Shown: positions 50,929 to 59,288 of the stretch, in pieces
How the letters are laid out: every line of letters begins with the position of its first letter
Position numbering within the stretch: position 1 is the stretch's first letter
Origin: Candidatus Sumerlaeaceae bacterium
Lineage (GTDB): Bacteria; Sumerlaeota; Sumerlaeia; Sumerlaeales; Sumerlaeaceae
Reading direction: 5' to 3'
NCBI GenBank assembly: GCA_051003195.1
Contig: JBPCLP010000028.1
Span: 32,001-96,000, forward strand
Length of the DNA stretch: 64,000 nucleotides
The notes under the pieces: model-generated
Seen by the model: the letters and a program-made list of their open reading frames with translations, nothing else
Database searches by the model: none
What the model was told of the DNA's origin: nothing
Program-made: the position numbers and the translations under genes

Positions 50929-52422
50929 ATGACCGATTCCATAACTCCCGCCCGCGTGCGTTTTGCACCAAGCCCGACCGGCTACCTCCACATCGGCGGC
51001 GCCCGCACCGCCCTCTTTAATTGGCTGTTCGCGCGGCACACCGGCGGCAAATTCCTGCTGCGGATCGAGGACACCGACCTTGAGCGCTCGACGCTCGAAA
51101 GCGTTCAGCAGATTCTGGATAGCCTGCATTGGCTCGGGCTGCATGCCGATGAACCCGTCGAATACCAGACGCAGCGTGCGGAGCTGCACCGCCAGTACGT
51201 ACAACGGCTGATCGAAACCGGCGCAGCCTATCATGATTTCTGCACGAAGGACCGCCTCGAACAACTGCGTGAGCAGGCCAAGGCTGAGGGGCGGCCGTTT
51301 GCATACCGTCGCTCACTTGTGCCGCCCCACGAAATGGAACGCTACCGGGCAGCAGGTGAGCCTGGTGTGATTCGCCTCATTGCGCCCGAGGAGGGCAGCA
51401 CCGGTTTTGACGATCTCGTTTATGGACGAATCGATGTGCCGAACTCTAACATTGGCGACTTTGTCATAGCCCGCGCCGACGGTTCACCGTTGTACAACTT
51501 CACCAACGCGATTGATGACATCGACATGCGCATCACGCATGTCTGCCGCGGTGAGGACCATGTAAGCAACACCTCGCGCCAGGTGCTTGTTTACCAGGCG
51601 CTTGGTGTTACCCCGCCTCTGTTCGCGCACCTGCCTCTCATTCTTGGGACCGACAAAAAGCGTCTCTCGAAGCGCCACGGTGCGACTAGCGTGATGCAGT
51701 TCCGCGACGATGGCATCCTGCCGCAGGCACTGATAAACTTCGTCGCGCTGCTCGGCTGGGCTCCCGAGGGCGAGGCCGAGTTTGAAGAGGTGATGACCAT
51801 CGACCAGCTCATTTCAAAATTCACGCTCGATAAAGTGAACCGAAGTTCCGCCGTCTTCGACTATGAAAAGCTGCATTGGATGGACGGCGTGTACATTCGG
51901 CAGATGCCGAAGGAGCAGCTGTACGCAGCGGTCGTGCCGCAGCTGGATGCGCACTACGGCGCCGCCGGTGGACCTGAGGAACACGCCACGCGCGGCGGAT
52001 GGCTGCGCGGAATCATCGACCTGCAGATCGAACGCTCGCGTACCCTCAACGATTTCGCGAAGAATCTCGATTACTTCTTTGCGGCACCTGCGGACTATGA
52101 GGAGAAGGCGGTGAAAAAATTTCTGGCGACCGCGGAGCAATTGCAGCAGGTGCGTGAAACCATAACCGAGATGCAGAACGCCTGGCCTGCCACTGCTGGC
52201 GTCTCCCGCGAGGAACTCTCGACGGCACTGGATACCCATCTGCGACAATGGTCGGAGACAAAGGGACTGAAATTCGGAAATGTGGTGCCCCCCATCCGGC
52301 TCGCACTTACGGGCCGTACTGCGTCCCCGCCCCTCTTCGACGTGATCTACTACCTGGGTAAGGATGAGGTGCTGCGCCGCATGCGGAACATGCTGGATAC
52401 AATTACTCCTCCAGTCTCTTAG
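50929..52422 (+). CDS. gltX: glutamate--tRNA ligase
   Basis: RFAPSPTGYLHIGG, RIEDTD, RGEDH, KRLSKR, anticodon-binding domain PIRLALTG. Confidence 0.97.
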   Translation: MTDSITPARVRFAPSPTGYLHIGGARTALFNWLFARHTGGKFLLRIEDTDLERSTLESVQQILDSLHWLGLHADEPVEYQTQRAELHRQYVQRLIETGAAYHDFCTKDRLEQLREQAKAEGRPFAYRRSLVPPHEMERYRAAGEPGVIRLIAPEEGSTGFDDLVYGRIDVPNSNIGDFVIARADGSPLYNFTNAIDDIDMRITHVCRGEDHVSNTSRQVLVYQALGVTPPLFAHLPLILGTDKKRLSKRHGATSVMQFRDDGILPQALINFVALLGWAPEGEAEFEEVMTIDQLISKFTLDKVNRSSAVFDYEKLHWMDGVYIRQMPKEQLYAAVVPQLDAHYGAAGGPEEHATRGGWLRGIIDLQIERSRTLNDFAKNLDYFFAAPADYEEKAVKKFLATAEQLQQVRETITEMQNAWPATAGVSREELSTALDTHLRQWSETKGLKFGNVVPPIRLALTGRTASPPLFDVIYYLGKDEVLRRMRNMLDTITPPVS

Positions 52423-53297
52423 CCGCGGCTGACCTTGTCGCGAAGAGCGTCTCCCAGGATGTTAAAAGCCAGTATTGTTATGCAGATCGCGCCCGCAGGA
52501 TAAATCAGCAGGTGGGGCGACGAACGCAGGTTGCGGGTGCCTTCTGCCGCAAGGCTGCCCCAGCTTGCATCCGGTGCCGGCACGCCGAGCCCGATGTAGC
52601 TGAGAAACGCTTCGATGAATATGGCCTCTGGTATGAACAGCGTCAGGGTCACCAGGATCACCCCCACCGCGTTCGGCAGCATGTGTCGGCCCAGTATGCG
52701 GGCGGGACCTGCCCCCAACGCCCGCGCCGCCGCGACAAACTCACGGCTCTTCAGACTTAGCACTTCCCCGCGCACCAGTCGCGCCATGTTCAGCCAGTAT
52801 GTAAGGCCGATCGCGATGTAGATATTGCGGATGCCCTGGTCCAGATAAACCATTAACATGATCACCACCAGTATCGTCGGCACACCGTACAGTACATCGA
52901 CGATACGCATCATAAGCGTGTCCGTGAGACCGCCGCTATAACCGGCAACCGCCCCCCATACCACACCTATCAGAAGATTAATAGCCGCCGCAATCAGCGC
53001 AATGCGCAGCGAAATACGCGCGCCAACCAGCAGCCGCGCAGCCATGTCGCGCCCCAGGGAATCTGTACCCGCGGGATGAGCAGCGCTTGGCGGCTGGTAT
53101 GTTTCTTCGTAGTTCGTCGCGTTCGGGTCATAGGTCGTCACGCGCACAGGACCCATGATCGCCAGCCCAAATACCACGACCAGGATAATGCCAGACAACA
53201 ACAGAAGCGGCTTGCGCGCAATACGACAGCGCTTTACGATCCCCCCGCGGCACAGGTCCCCTGCAGCATCCATGCGGTTCCCGGCGCTCGCCAGCAA
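52419..53297 (-). CDS. oligopeptide/dipeptide ABC transporter permease (OppC/DppC)
   Basis: HPAGTDSLGRD, GARISL, EAA-like EFVAAARALG, RHMLPN, LGDALRD. Start is TTG 53297 or ATG 53273. Confidence 0.92.
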   Translation of the reverse strand: MLASAGNRMDAAGDLCRGGIVKRCRIARKPLLLLSGIILVVVFGLAIMGPVRVTTYDPNATNYEETYQPPSAAHPAGTDSLGRDMAARLLVGARISLRIALIAAAINLLIGVVWGAVAGYSGGLTDTLMMRIVDVLYGVPTILVVIMLMVYLDQGIRNIYIAIGLTYWLNMARLVRGEVLSLKSREFVAAARALGAGPARILGRHMLPNAVGVILVTLTLFIPEAIFIEAFLSYIGLGVPAPDASWGSLAAEGTRNLRSSPHLLIYPAGAICITILAFNILGDALRDKVSRG

Positions 53298-53316
53298 GGG
53301 GCGGCTGTTTCACCAC

Positions 53317-53919
53317 TCACGCAGGTGTGAGTGGCTGCTCCTGCAAGCTGGCGTTCTCTTCGCCAGACACTGCGCTGGCGAGATACTCGTCTACCTCGCG
53401 TTTGATTTCCGCGAGTCGCGCGTCCTGCAATTCGACGGACAGGATTTCCACCACGTCGTCATTTGTCGTGTTCCGAAAATAAATCCGTTCCCCACCCTCG
53501 GCATTTGCCGGCGTGCTCCTGGCCCATTTGAACACCGAATACTTCATCAGCAGGTGCGCGAGAAAGAACAGGCTTTGAGTACAATCCTCTCCTTCGAGGC
53601 TTTGCCGGCTGCGCAGCATCTCAAAATAGGAAAGCAGCGCTGCATTGCGCTCCTTGCGCGTACGAATCTGCCTCGGCTTTGGCGCTTCCCGTCGAGCCAT
53701 CCAGTAGCCGACGTAATGCCCCTCGCCCATGTTCTGCCAGCATTCGCTGCAGTAATCCCGCCGAAGCTGGGTGTCCTCGCGCGGCGCTGTATCAGGACCA
53801 TCCGGGTCCAGGAGCGCCGATGCGTGCTTGCCGGCAATGGCAATGGTAGCACCGCACTTCATGCACGCATTCTGCGGGCGTCCAATGCGCAAATAGAGTT
53901 CTTTATCCGTTAAAGCCAA
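53317..53919 (-). CDS. hypothetical protein with a CxxC...CxxC zinc-ribbon
   Basis: CMKC and RRDYCSECW; GGAGG RBS upstream of the TTG start. Confidence 0.7.
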   Translation of the reverse strand: MALTDKELYLRIGRPQNACMKCGATIAIAGKHASALLDPDGPDTAPREDTQLRRDYCSECWQNMGEGHYVGYWMARREAPKPRQIRTRKERNAALLSYFEMLRSRQSLEGEDCTQSLFFLAHLLMKYSVFKWARSTPANAEGGERIYFRNTTNDDVVEILSVELQDARLAEIKREVDEYLASAVSGEENASLQEQPLTPA

Positions 53920-54161
53920 CTGCTTCGCCTCCCTTGCACCGCCACTGTCCTACCCTGGCCGCTGGCGCTGCATCCAGAAAAATGATACTGCCCAACGCCA
54001 CAACAAGTGTCATAGGTTAGAGATCTGGTGGTTTTCCACAAATGCAATCGCTTGCCTGCATTGGCTATCCGGATAATGCAAGCCTGTTTGTCCACAGCGA
54101 TAGCCCCCACGGTACGGTACTGTCATACTTTGAATTGTCGACAGCCCATCCGTAAAAAGGG

Positions 54162-54305
54162 TTAGAAATATTTATTATTTCGAGTTTTGCAAACGAGCCA
54201 ACAAATCAGCACGGCTATAGGACCGCTGAGCATCCAGGCCCAGCCAAAAACTGCTACGAGTGCTAGCTCGAATAGGACGATCAGCCATATCAGCAAGCGA
54301 ATCAT
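54162..54305 (-). CDS. 47-aa two-helix membrane peptide (not in the ORF track)
   Basis: Manual translation ATG 54305 to TAA 54162: MIRLLIWLIVLFELALVAVFGWAWMLSGPIAVLICWLVCKTRNNKYF; no clear RBS. Confidence 0.45.
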   Translation of the reverse strand: MIRLLIWLIVLFELALVAVFGWAWMLSGPIAVLICWLVCKTRNNKYF

Positions 54306-54376
54306 TGCGGAGAATAAGCAGCCTGCGTTGCGGGGTATTCAAGGCGCACCAGAGGTTAGAAACGAAGTTTCGGCGT

Positions 54377-54775
54377 TTATGGCAATTTCAGCATTGAGCA
54401 CAGAATGGCCTTTGCTTCGATCTGCTTTGCTGGACTCAGTGACCCGTACGTCTCCCTAATCGCAGATGCTCTGAAGGCAGTCATGCGACGGAACCGAACG
54501 TAACACTGTTTTTTGAGCTGTGGGGTTGCATCGTTGGCGTTTAGTGCCAACTCGTTGTCAGTTTCGCCTGCTGTAGGCTGGCCTGTCACGAATGCCAGAA
54601 ATACATATGGCTCAGGCCCAACCGGGTCAGTTAAACATAAAGCGGTGCGTTGTTTTGTTGTGGTCGGATCGTCGTCAAAACGCCAATCTACGCGAACGAA
54701 GGTCCACTGCTTTAGATTTAGGGCTACGGCACTACTTTGAGCAGACGGCTGGTTCGTTGTCAAAGAAGCCTTCAC
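54377..54775 (-). CDS. PemK/MazF-family endoribonuclease toxin
   Basis: FVRVDWRFDDDPTTTKQRTALCL and AFVTG match the V-x-x-x-F-x-D...K-x-R-P-A-L and A-x-I-T patterns; ends GSLSPAKQIEAKAIL. Start uncertain. Confidence 0.75.
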   Translation of the reverse strand: MKASLTTNQPSAQSSAVALNLKQWTFVRVDWRFDDDPTTTKQRTALCLTDPVGPEPYVFLAFVTGQPTAGETDNELALNANDATPQLKKQCYVRFRRMTAFRASAIRETYGSLSPAKQIEAKAILCSMLKLP

Positions 54776-55046
54776 AGTTTTCGTCGTCCCTCAAGAAGTC
54801 AAAAGCATCGTTGCTGGAACAGGCGCTTTCCCACTCGCTGTCCGAAATCTGTGAAAAGTCGGAGCTTGTCGAGTCGGCTTGCTTTATGACGGCTCCTACC
54901 GCCTGCACAAAAGCCACTACTTCCATGCCCTCGAAGGTGCAGCCGTTTGTGTCCGCAGGGAGATCGTCTAGCACAATGACAGTCCTCCCAGCAGGTTCAC
55001 GGTATATTTTGCCGTGCACAATAATAGCCTTTAATGCTCCCGACAT
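54732..55046 (-). CDS. putative antitoxin (acidic C-terminus)
   Basis: AGGAG RBS; immediately upstream of and overlapping the toxin; acidic tail SDSEWESACSSNDAFDFLRDDENCEG. Confidence 0.65.
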   Translation of the reverse strand: MSGALKAIIVHGKIYREPAGRTVIVLDDLPADTNGCTFEGMEVVAFVQAVGAVIKQADSTSSDFSQISDSEWESACSSNDAFDFLRDDENCEGFFDNEPAVCSK

Positions 55047-55571
55047 GGCGATAAACTCCTCAAAGCCAAACGTAGGGCTTGCCGCCCATCTGTAGGTCAG
55101 GCATTTCTCGTACCATTCATTTTAGAGATGTCACGAGTTTATCCTGCACTGATCATAGCGCGAGTCTCGGTATCAACAACCTGCAAACGATGCATCTTGC
55201 TTAATTGCCAGCAGACGCAGTCAAACGGAAATTGCGGGAGCGCACAACAGTTGCTCTAAAAATGCACAGTGATCCCTTTACCGGCTTAGTCCTGCGAGAA
55301 AATACCCGCTCCAAACTAATCCAAACTGACAGTACCCCCACGCGAACCGTGTACCCTACAATATATAGCATGTGAGAAAAATGTGGAAAAGAAGGAACCT
55401 GAAGCCTGTGCCAGACACTTTCCCCACCAATTAAAAAAAGATTTAGGGATGCACTTTTCGATTGACCAACACCAAATGTTGTACTCTGCTCGCTCTAGAA
55501 TTTCATATATAGTGTTTTTCCGAACGATAGGAAACACCCTAAAAATTTAACGAATGACAAGTTTGGCACCC

Positions 55572-55657
55572 GGGGCGGTACCCGGTTTTCAGTATCCTGA
55601 GGGCCGGTTTCATTTTGACCCACTACAAGGGCTGGCAGTGTACCGCCCTTTTTTTTT
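55572..55657 (+). other. predicted structured RNA or attenuator ending in a U-tract
   Basis: GGGGCGGTAC / GTACCGCCCT outer stem, an 11-bp inner hairpin with three G-U pairs, an alternative AAGGGC / GCCCTT hairpin, then T9. Confidence 0.5.
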
Positions 55658-55777
55658 GCCTACCAGTCGCTCCTGAATCCGCCCATTTGGAGGCACGATT
55701 CCAGGCAGATACCTGCAACAGCCCGTCGATTTCCTTAGTTGCACCTTACCCGATACAACCTCACCGTTCGCGCTTTT

Positions 55778-56896
55778 ATGAGCTTACCGGTCGATCTCCT
55801 GAACTTCTGCCTCGGCGCGGCCGCGCTGGGCGCTTCGCTCATCCTGGTGCCCGTTGCCCGCCAATTCGGACTGCGATACGGACTCGTCGATTCTGTGCAT
55901 CCAGCTAAGATCCACGCCGAGCCAAAGGTGCGCTGCGGCGGTATCGGTATCTACCTTGCCTTTGTGTTCATGCTCGCCGGCGGACTTCTCGCGCTTCGCA
56001 TTCCGGCAGTCGTTGAATTAATTCCGGTGCACCTGCGGCAACACCTCACCAATATTCCCTCGGTAACCGGAAAACTCGCGGCCATTATGCTCGGCGCTAC
56101 GATCATGTTTCTGACTGGGCTCGTGGATGACAAACGCAATCTTCGGCCAATCATCAAGCTCGCCTTCCAGGTTGTCGCTGCTCTGCCACTGATTGCCGCC
56201 GGCATTACGATTAAATCGTTTCTTCCCGGCTTCGCCCTCAGCGCGCTGCTCACCGTATTCTGGGTCATACTGCTCACCAACTCGTTCAACTTCCTCGATA
56301 ATATGAACGGTTCCAGCTCCGGCATTGTCTGCGTTTGCGCCTTGAACTTCTACCTGGTTTCGCGCGCGGGAGGGGAATACTTCATGATGGCGATGTTTGC
56401 GCTGCTTATCGGCGCAACGCTCGGATTCTTGCGTTACAATTTCCCCAACGCTCGACTCTTCATGGGCGACTCCGGCTCCCTCTTTCTTGGTTTCATGCTT
56501 GCCGCACTCAGCATCCGCGTCACCTATTACCAGTCAGGCGTTCCGACACAACTGCCCGTCATAGCTCCGTTAATCATTCTCGGTGTGCCGCTTTTCGATA
56601 CTGCGTCGGTCATGTACATTCGCTGGCGAAACCGAAAGCCGTTCACACAGGGCGACCAGAATCACTTCTCACACCGCCTTGTAGCGCTCGGGTTTTCGCG
56701 CGCCAAAGCGGTAATGTTTATATGGCTTATCACCTTCACCGTCGGGTTGTCCGCCGTTAATCTTCGGACCTTGAATCTGCAGGGTGCATTAATTGCACTG
56801 CTTCAGGTCATCCTGTTTTTCCTGATAATCTACTTCCTGGAAACGACCGGCAAGAGGGCTATGAATGAAAAAGAAAACGTCTCCAACGGCAACTAA
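55778..56896 (+). CDS. MraY/WecA family undecaprenyl-phosphate sugar-1-phosphate transferase
   Basis: KIH..P..R.GG, GLVDD, NSFNFLDNMNG, FLRYNFPNARLFMGDSGS, GDQNHFSHRL. Confidence 0.93.
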   Translation: MSLPVDLLNFCLGAAALGASLILVPVARQFGLRYGLVDSVHPAKIHAEPKVRCGGIGIYLAFVFMLAGGLLALRIPAVVELIPVHLRQHLTNIPSVTGKLAAIMLGATIMFLTGLVDDKRNLRPIIKLAFQVVAALPLIAAGITIKSFLPGFALSALLTVFWVILLTNSFNFLDNMNGSSSGIVCVCALNFYLVSRAGGEYFMMAMFALLIGATLGFLRYNFPNARLFMGDSGSLFLGFMLAALSIRVTYYQSGVPTQLPVIAPLIILGVPLFDTASVMYIRWRNRKPFTQGDQNHFSHRLVALGFSRAKAVMFIWLITFTVGLSAVNLRTLNLQGALIALLQVILFFLIIYFLETTGKRAMNEKENVSNGN

Positions 56897-57332
56897 GCGC
56901 GCTGGCAACCGCCCCGCGCTTTCCGGAAAAATTAAGCGCTCGGATGCAGATCGGCTTGTCATGGCGGCCGGCGATGCGCGCGGACGAGCGTATGCTCCAT
57001 ATTCCAACTACAAAGTAGGCGCCGCGTTGCTCACGCTGGATGGTCGCATTTACGGGGGTTGTAATGTGGAAAACTCCAGCTACGGCCTTTGCATCTGCGC
57101 CGAGCGCGGAGCAATTGCCGCAGCCGTAGCCGCCGGCCAGCAGGAGTTTCGCGCCATCGCGGTTGTCACCGAAGACGTTGGATCTCCCTGCGGTGCATGC
57201 CGTCAGTTCTTCGTCGAATTCAATCCGGATATGACAGTCATTCTGGCGGACACGAAAGGCAAACGCACAACATACGCCGCCAGGCAATTGCTCCCGGATT
57301 ACTTCCTGTTGCGCCAGGGAGAAACAGGCTGA
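56865..57332 (+). CDS. cdd: cytidine deaminase (homotetrameric type)
   Basis: AYAPYSNYKVGAA, GCNVENSSYG, CAER, PCGACRQ. Confidence 0.96.
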   Translation: MKKKTSPTATKRAGNRPALSGKIKRSDADRLVMAAGDARGRAYAPYSNYKVGAALLTLDGRIYGGCNVENSSYGLCICAERGAIAAAVAAGQQEFRAIAVVTEDVGSPCGACRQFFVEFNPDMTVILADTKGKRTTYAARQLLPDYFLLRQGETG

Positions 57333-58273
57333 CACGCCAGCAGATCCCGCACACTGCACTTCCTCTGCGGATTTCGGATGAGATTCAGCAATGCCTAGTG
57401 GCCAGCAAGGCCGTGCTCGCCTTCGAAACCACAATTCTTACATTCGGACTGCCAGAGCCACTTAATGCACAAGTCGCCGCTGGCTGTGAAGCCATCGCGC
57501 GTGAGAACGGCGCCATGCCGGCGACTCTCGCAATCCTGGATGGTGAATTGCGAGTGGGACTTACGCCGCAAGAGCTGGCATTGTTTTGCTCACGTGATGC
57601 TTCTATTCAAAAGGTGAACCTGCAGAACTTCGCGGCCGTGCTGCACCGCCGTCAGCCCGGGGCTCTCACGGTCGCGGCCTCGCTGCAGGTTGCTGCGCTT
57701 GCCGGCATTCGCGTGTTTGCGACGGGCGGTATTGGGGGAGTGCACAAGGGTTATGACCAACTGCTTGACGTCTCCTCCGACTTGACCGCTCTGTCGCGTT
57801 TTCCCGTCGCCACCGTTTGTGCCGGCGCCAAATCCATTCTCGATGTTACCGCCACCCTGGAAGCGCTCGAGACTCTCGGTGTGCCGGTCGTGGGGTTTCG
57901 CACGGATGTTTTTCCGCTGTTCCACGCGCGGGACAGTGGACCCAAGTTGGATACCAGCTTCGATGATAGCGCCGAACTGGCACGGTTTGTATCCGTGCAC
58001 TGGAGCATTTCGCGTTCCGCTGTACTTATCGTTACTCCTGTTCCTGAAGAGCACGCGATTGGACGTGAGCAATTGGACGGGTGGATTGAACAGGCGCTTG
58101 CGGCTGCGGGCGTACAGAATATCACGGGGAAAGCGACCACGCCTTTCCTGCTTCAGCAGCTTGAACAACTCAGTGCCGGCCGCACGCTGGACGCCAATGT
58201 CGCCCTGATTTACAACAACGCGAGAGTTGCATCTGCGCTGGCACGTGAGCTTTCGCATATCGAAGGCACCTGA
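57329..58273 (+). CDS. psuG: pseudouridine-5'-phosphate glycosidase-like protein
   Basis: AFETTI, PATLA, FATGGIGGVH, DVSSDL, CAGAKSILD, TLEALETLGVPV, GKATTPFLL. Start proposed at CTG 57329 (see findings). Confidence 0.88.
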   Translation: MTRQQIPHTALPLRISDEIQQCLVASKAVLAFETTILTFGLPEPLNAQVAAGCEAIARENGAMPATLAILDGELRVGLTPQELALFCSRDASIQKVNLQNFAAVLHRRQPGALTVAASLQVAALAGIRVFATGGIGGVHKGYDQLLDVSSDLTALSRFPVATVCAGAKSILDVTATLEALETLGVPVVGFRTDVFPLFHARDSGPKLDTSFDDSAELARFVSVHWSISRSAVLIVTPVPEEHAIGREQLDGWIEQALAAAGVQNITGKATTPFLLQQLEQLSAGRTLDANVALIYNNARVASALARELSHIEGT

Positions 58274-58330
58274 CAAGGAATTCGCCAATGCACTGTATTC
58301 CTGTCTAATGCCGCACCGAGGAGCCGCTGT

Positions 58331-59218
58331 TTGCGACTGAATCAAATCTATGCATCGTACTCGCCCGCTGTGTCCGTGGAGTTTTTTCCACCGCGAACCG
58401 CTGAAGGAGAGGCGGACCTCGCGATCCGTATCCCGGAAATCAAGGCGCTCCGCCCGGCATTCTGTTCCGTCACCTACGGCGCCGGTGGCAGCGGACGTGA
58501 CCGCACGCTGGGGTGGGTGCATCGAATCAAGCATGACTTCGGCATGGAAGTCATGTGCCATCTCACGTGCGTTGGTCAGTCCCGCGCCGAAACCGACGAG
58601 GTGCTGAAAAAACTGAAGGCCGACGGCGTGGAAAACCTGATCGCGCTGCGTGGTGATCCGCCCAAAGGCGAAGCCGCATGGAGGCCGCACCCTGAAGGAT
58701 ATCACTATGCGGCCCAACTGGTGAAGGCGTGCAGAGACAAGGGATTCTCAGTCGCGGTCGCCGGGTTTCCCGAATTCCATCCCGAAGCACAATCCAGTGA
58801 AAGCGATCTGCGTTTTCTAAAAGAGAAGGTCGATGCCGGCGCGGACGCCGTGATCACACAACTGTTTTTCGATAATCAGGATTTCTTCCGTTACGTGGAT
58901 TCCGCGCGGTCGCTTGGTGTGAAAGTTCCCATTGTGCCTGGCATTCTGCCGTTTCGAACGGTGGAGGAAATCCGTCGTTTCACGACGAAGTACGCACTGA
59001 CAATGACCGGCCCCGCCCGCGTCCCACCCGAACTTGAAAAGCAACTGGCACCCGTCGAGAACGACGATTCGGCCGCCGCAAAGCTTGGTATTGAATGGGC
59101 GACGCGCCAGTGCCGCGAACTCCTGGATGCTGGCGCGCCCGGAATCCACTTCTACTGCATGAACAAGAGCAACGTGGTGGAGACCATCATGCGGAATTTA
59201 AACCTGGCCGCGACATAG
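58331..59218 (+). CDS. metF: 5,10-methylenetetrahydrofolate reductase
   Basis: SVEFFPP, SVTYGAGG, HLTC, ALRGD, GFPEFHP, KVDAGA, ITQLFF, GIHFY; GAGGAG RBS before the TTG start. Confidence 0.96.
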   Translation: MRLNQIYASYSPAVSVEFFPPRTAEGEADLAIRIPEIKALRPAFCSVTYGAGGSGRDRTLGWVHRIKHDFGMEVMCHLTCVGQSRAETDEVLKKLKADGVENLIALRGDPPKGEAAWRPHPEGYHYAAQLVKACRDKGFSVAVAGFPEFHPEAQSSESDLRFLKEKVDAGADAVITQLFFDNQDFFRYVDSARSLGVKVPIVPGILPFRTVEEIRRFTTKYALTMTGPARVPPELEKQLAPVENDDSAAAKLGIEWATRQCRELLDAGAPGIHFYCMNKSNVVETIMRNLNLAAT

Positions 59219-59288
59219 TCGGATGCTTCATGCATCAAACGTCAACTGGCCTCCAACGCCTCTCCCTGATCCTATACCGACAAATCGA

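Larger units (their letters stand above)
54116..55336. mobile_element. putative non-autonomous, inverted-repeat-bounded cassette carrying a toxin-antitoxin module
   Basis: GGTACTGTCA (54116-54125) and TGACAGTACC (55327-55336) are exact inverted repeats with imperfect inward extension; flanks CCCACGGTAC / CCCACGCGAA; AT-richer than neighbours; no transposase. Confidence 0.45.

Noticed and set aside
50827..51264. N-terminal extension of the 50398 membrane ORF
   Set aside because: Overlaps gltX antisense; the hydrophobic protein plausibly starts at ATG 50826.
55275..55300. PyrR-binding-loop-like CCTTTA...TTAGTCCTGCGAG
   Set aside because: The consensus is incomplete (no GGCT closing) and there is no adjacent pyr gene.
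55316..55537. 73-aa minus-strand ORF
   Set aside because: AT-rich, no RBS or motif, and it crosses the proposed cassette end; more likely promoter DNA.
55572..55657. TPP riboswitch or tRNA
   Set aside because: Has GGGG...CTGAG...ACCC but lacks the downstream TPP core; no T-arm and a non-canonical anticodon loop.
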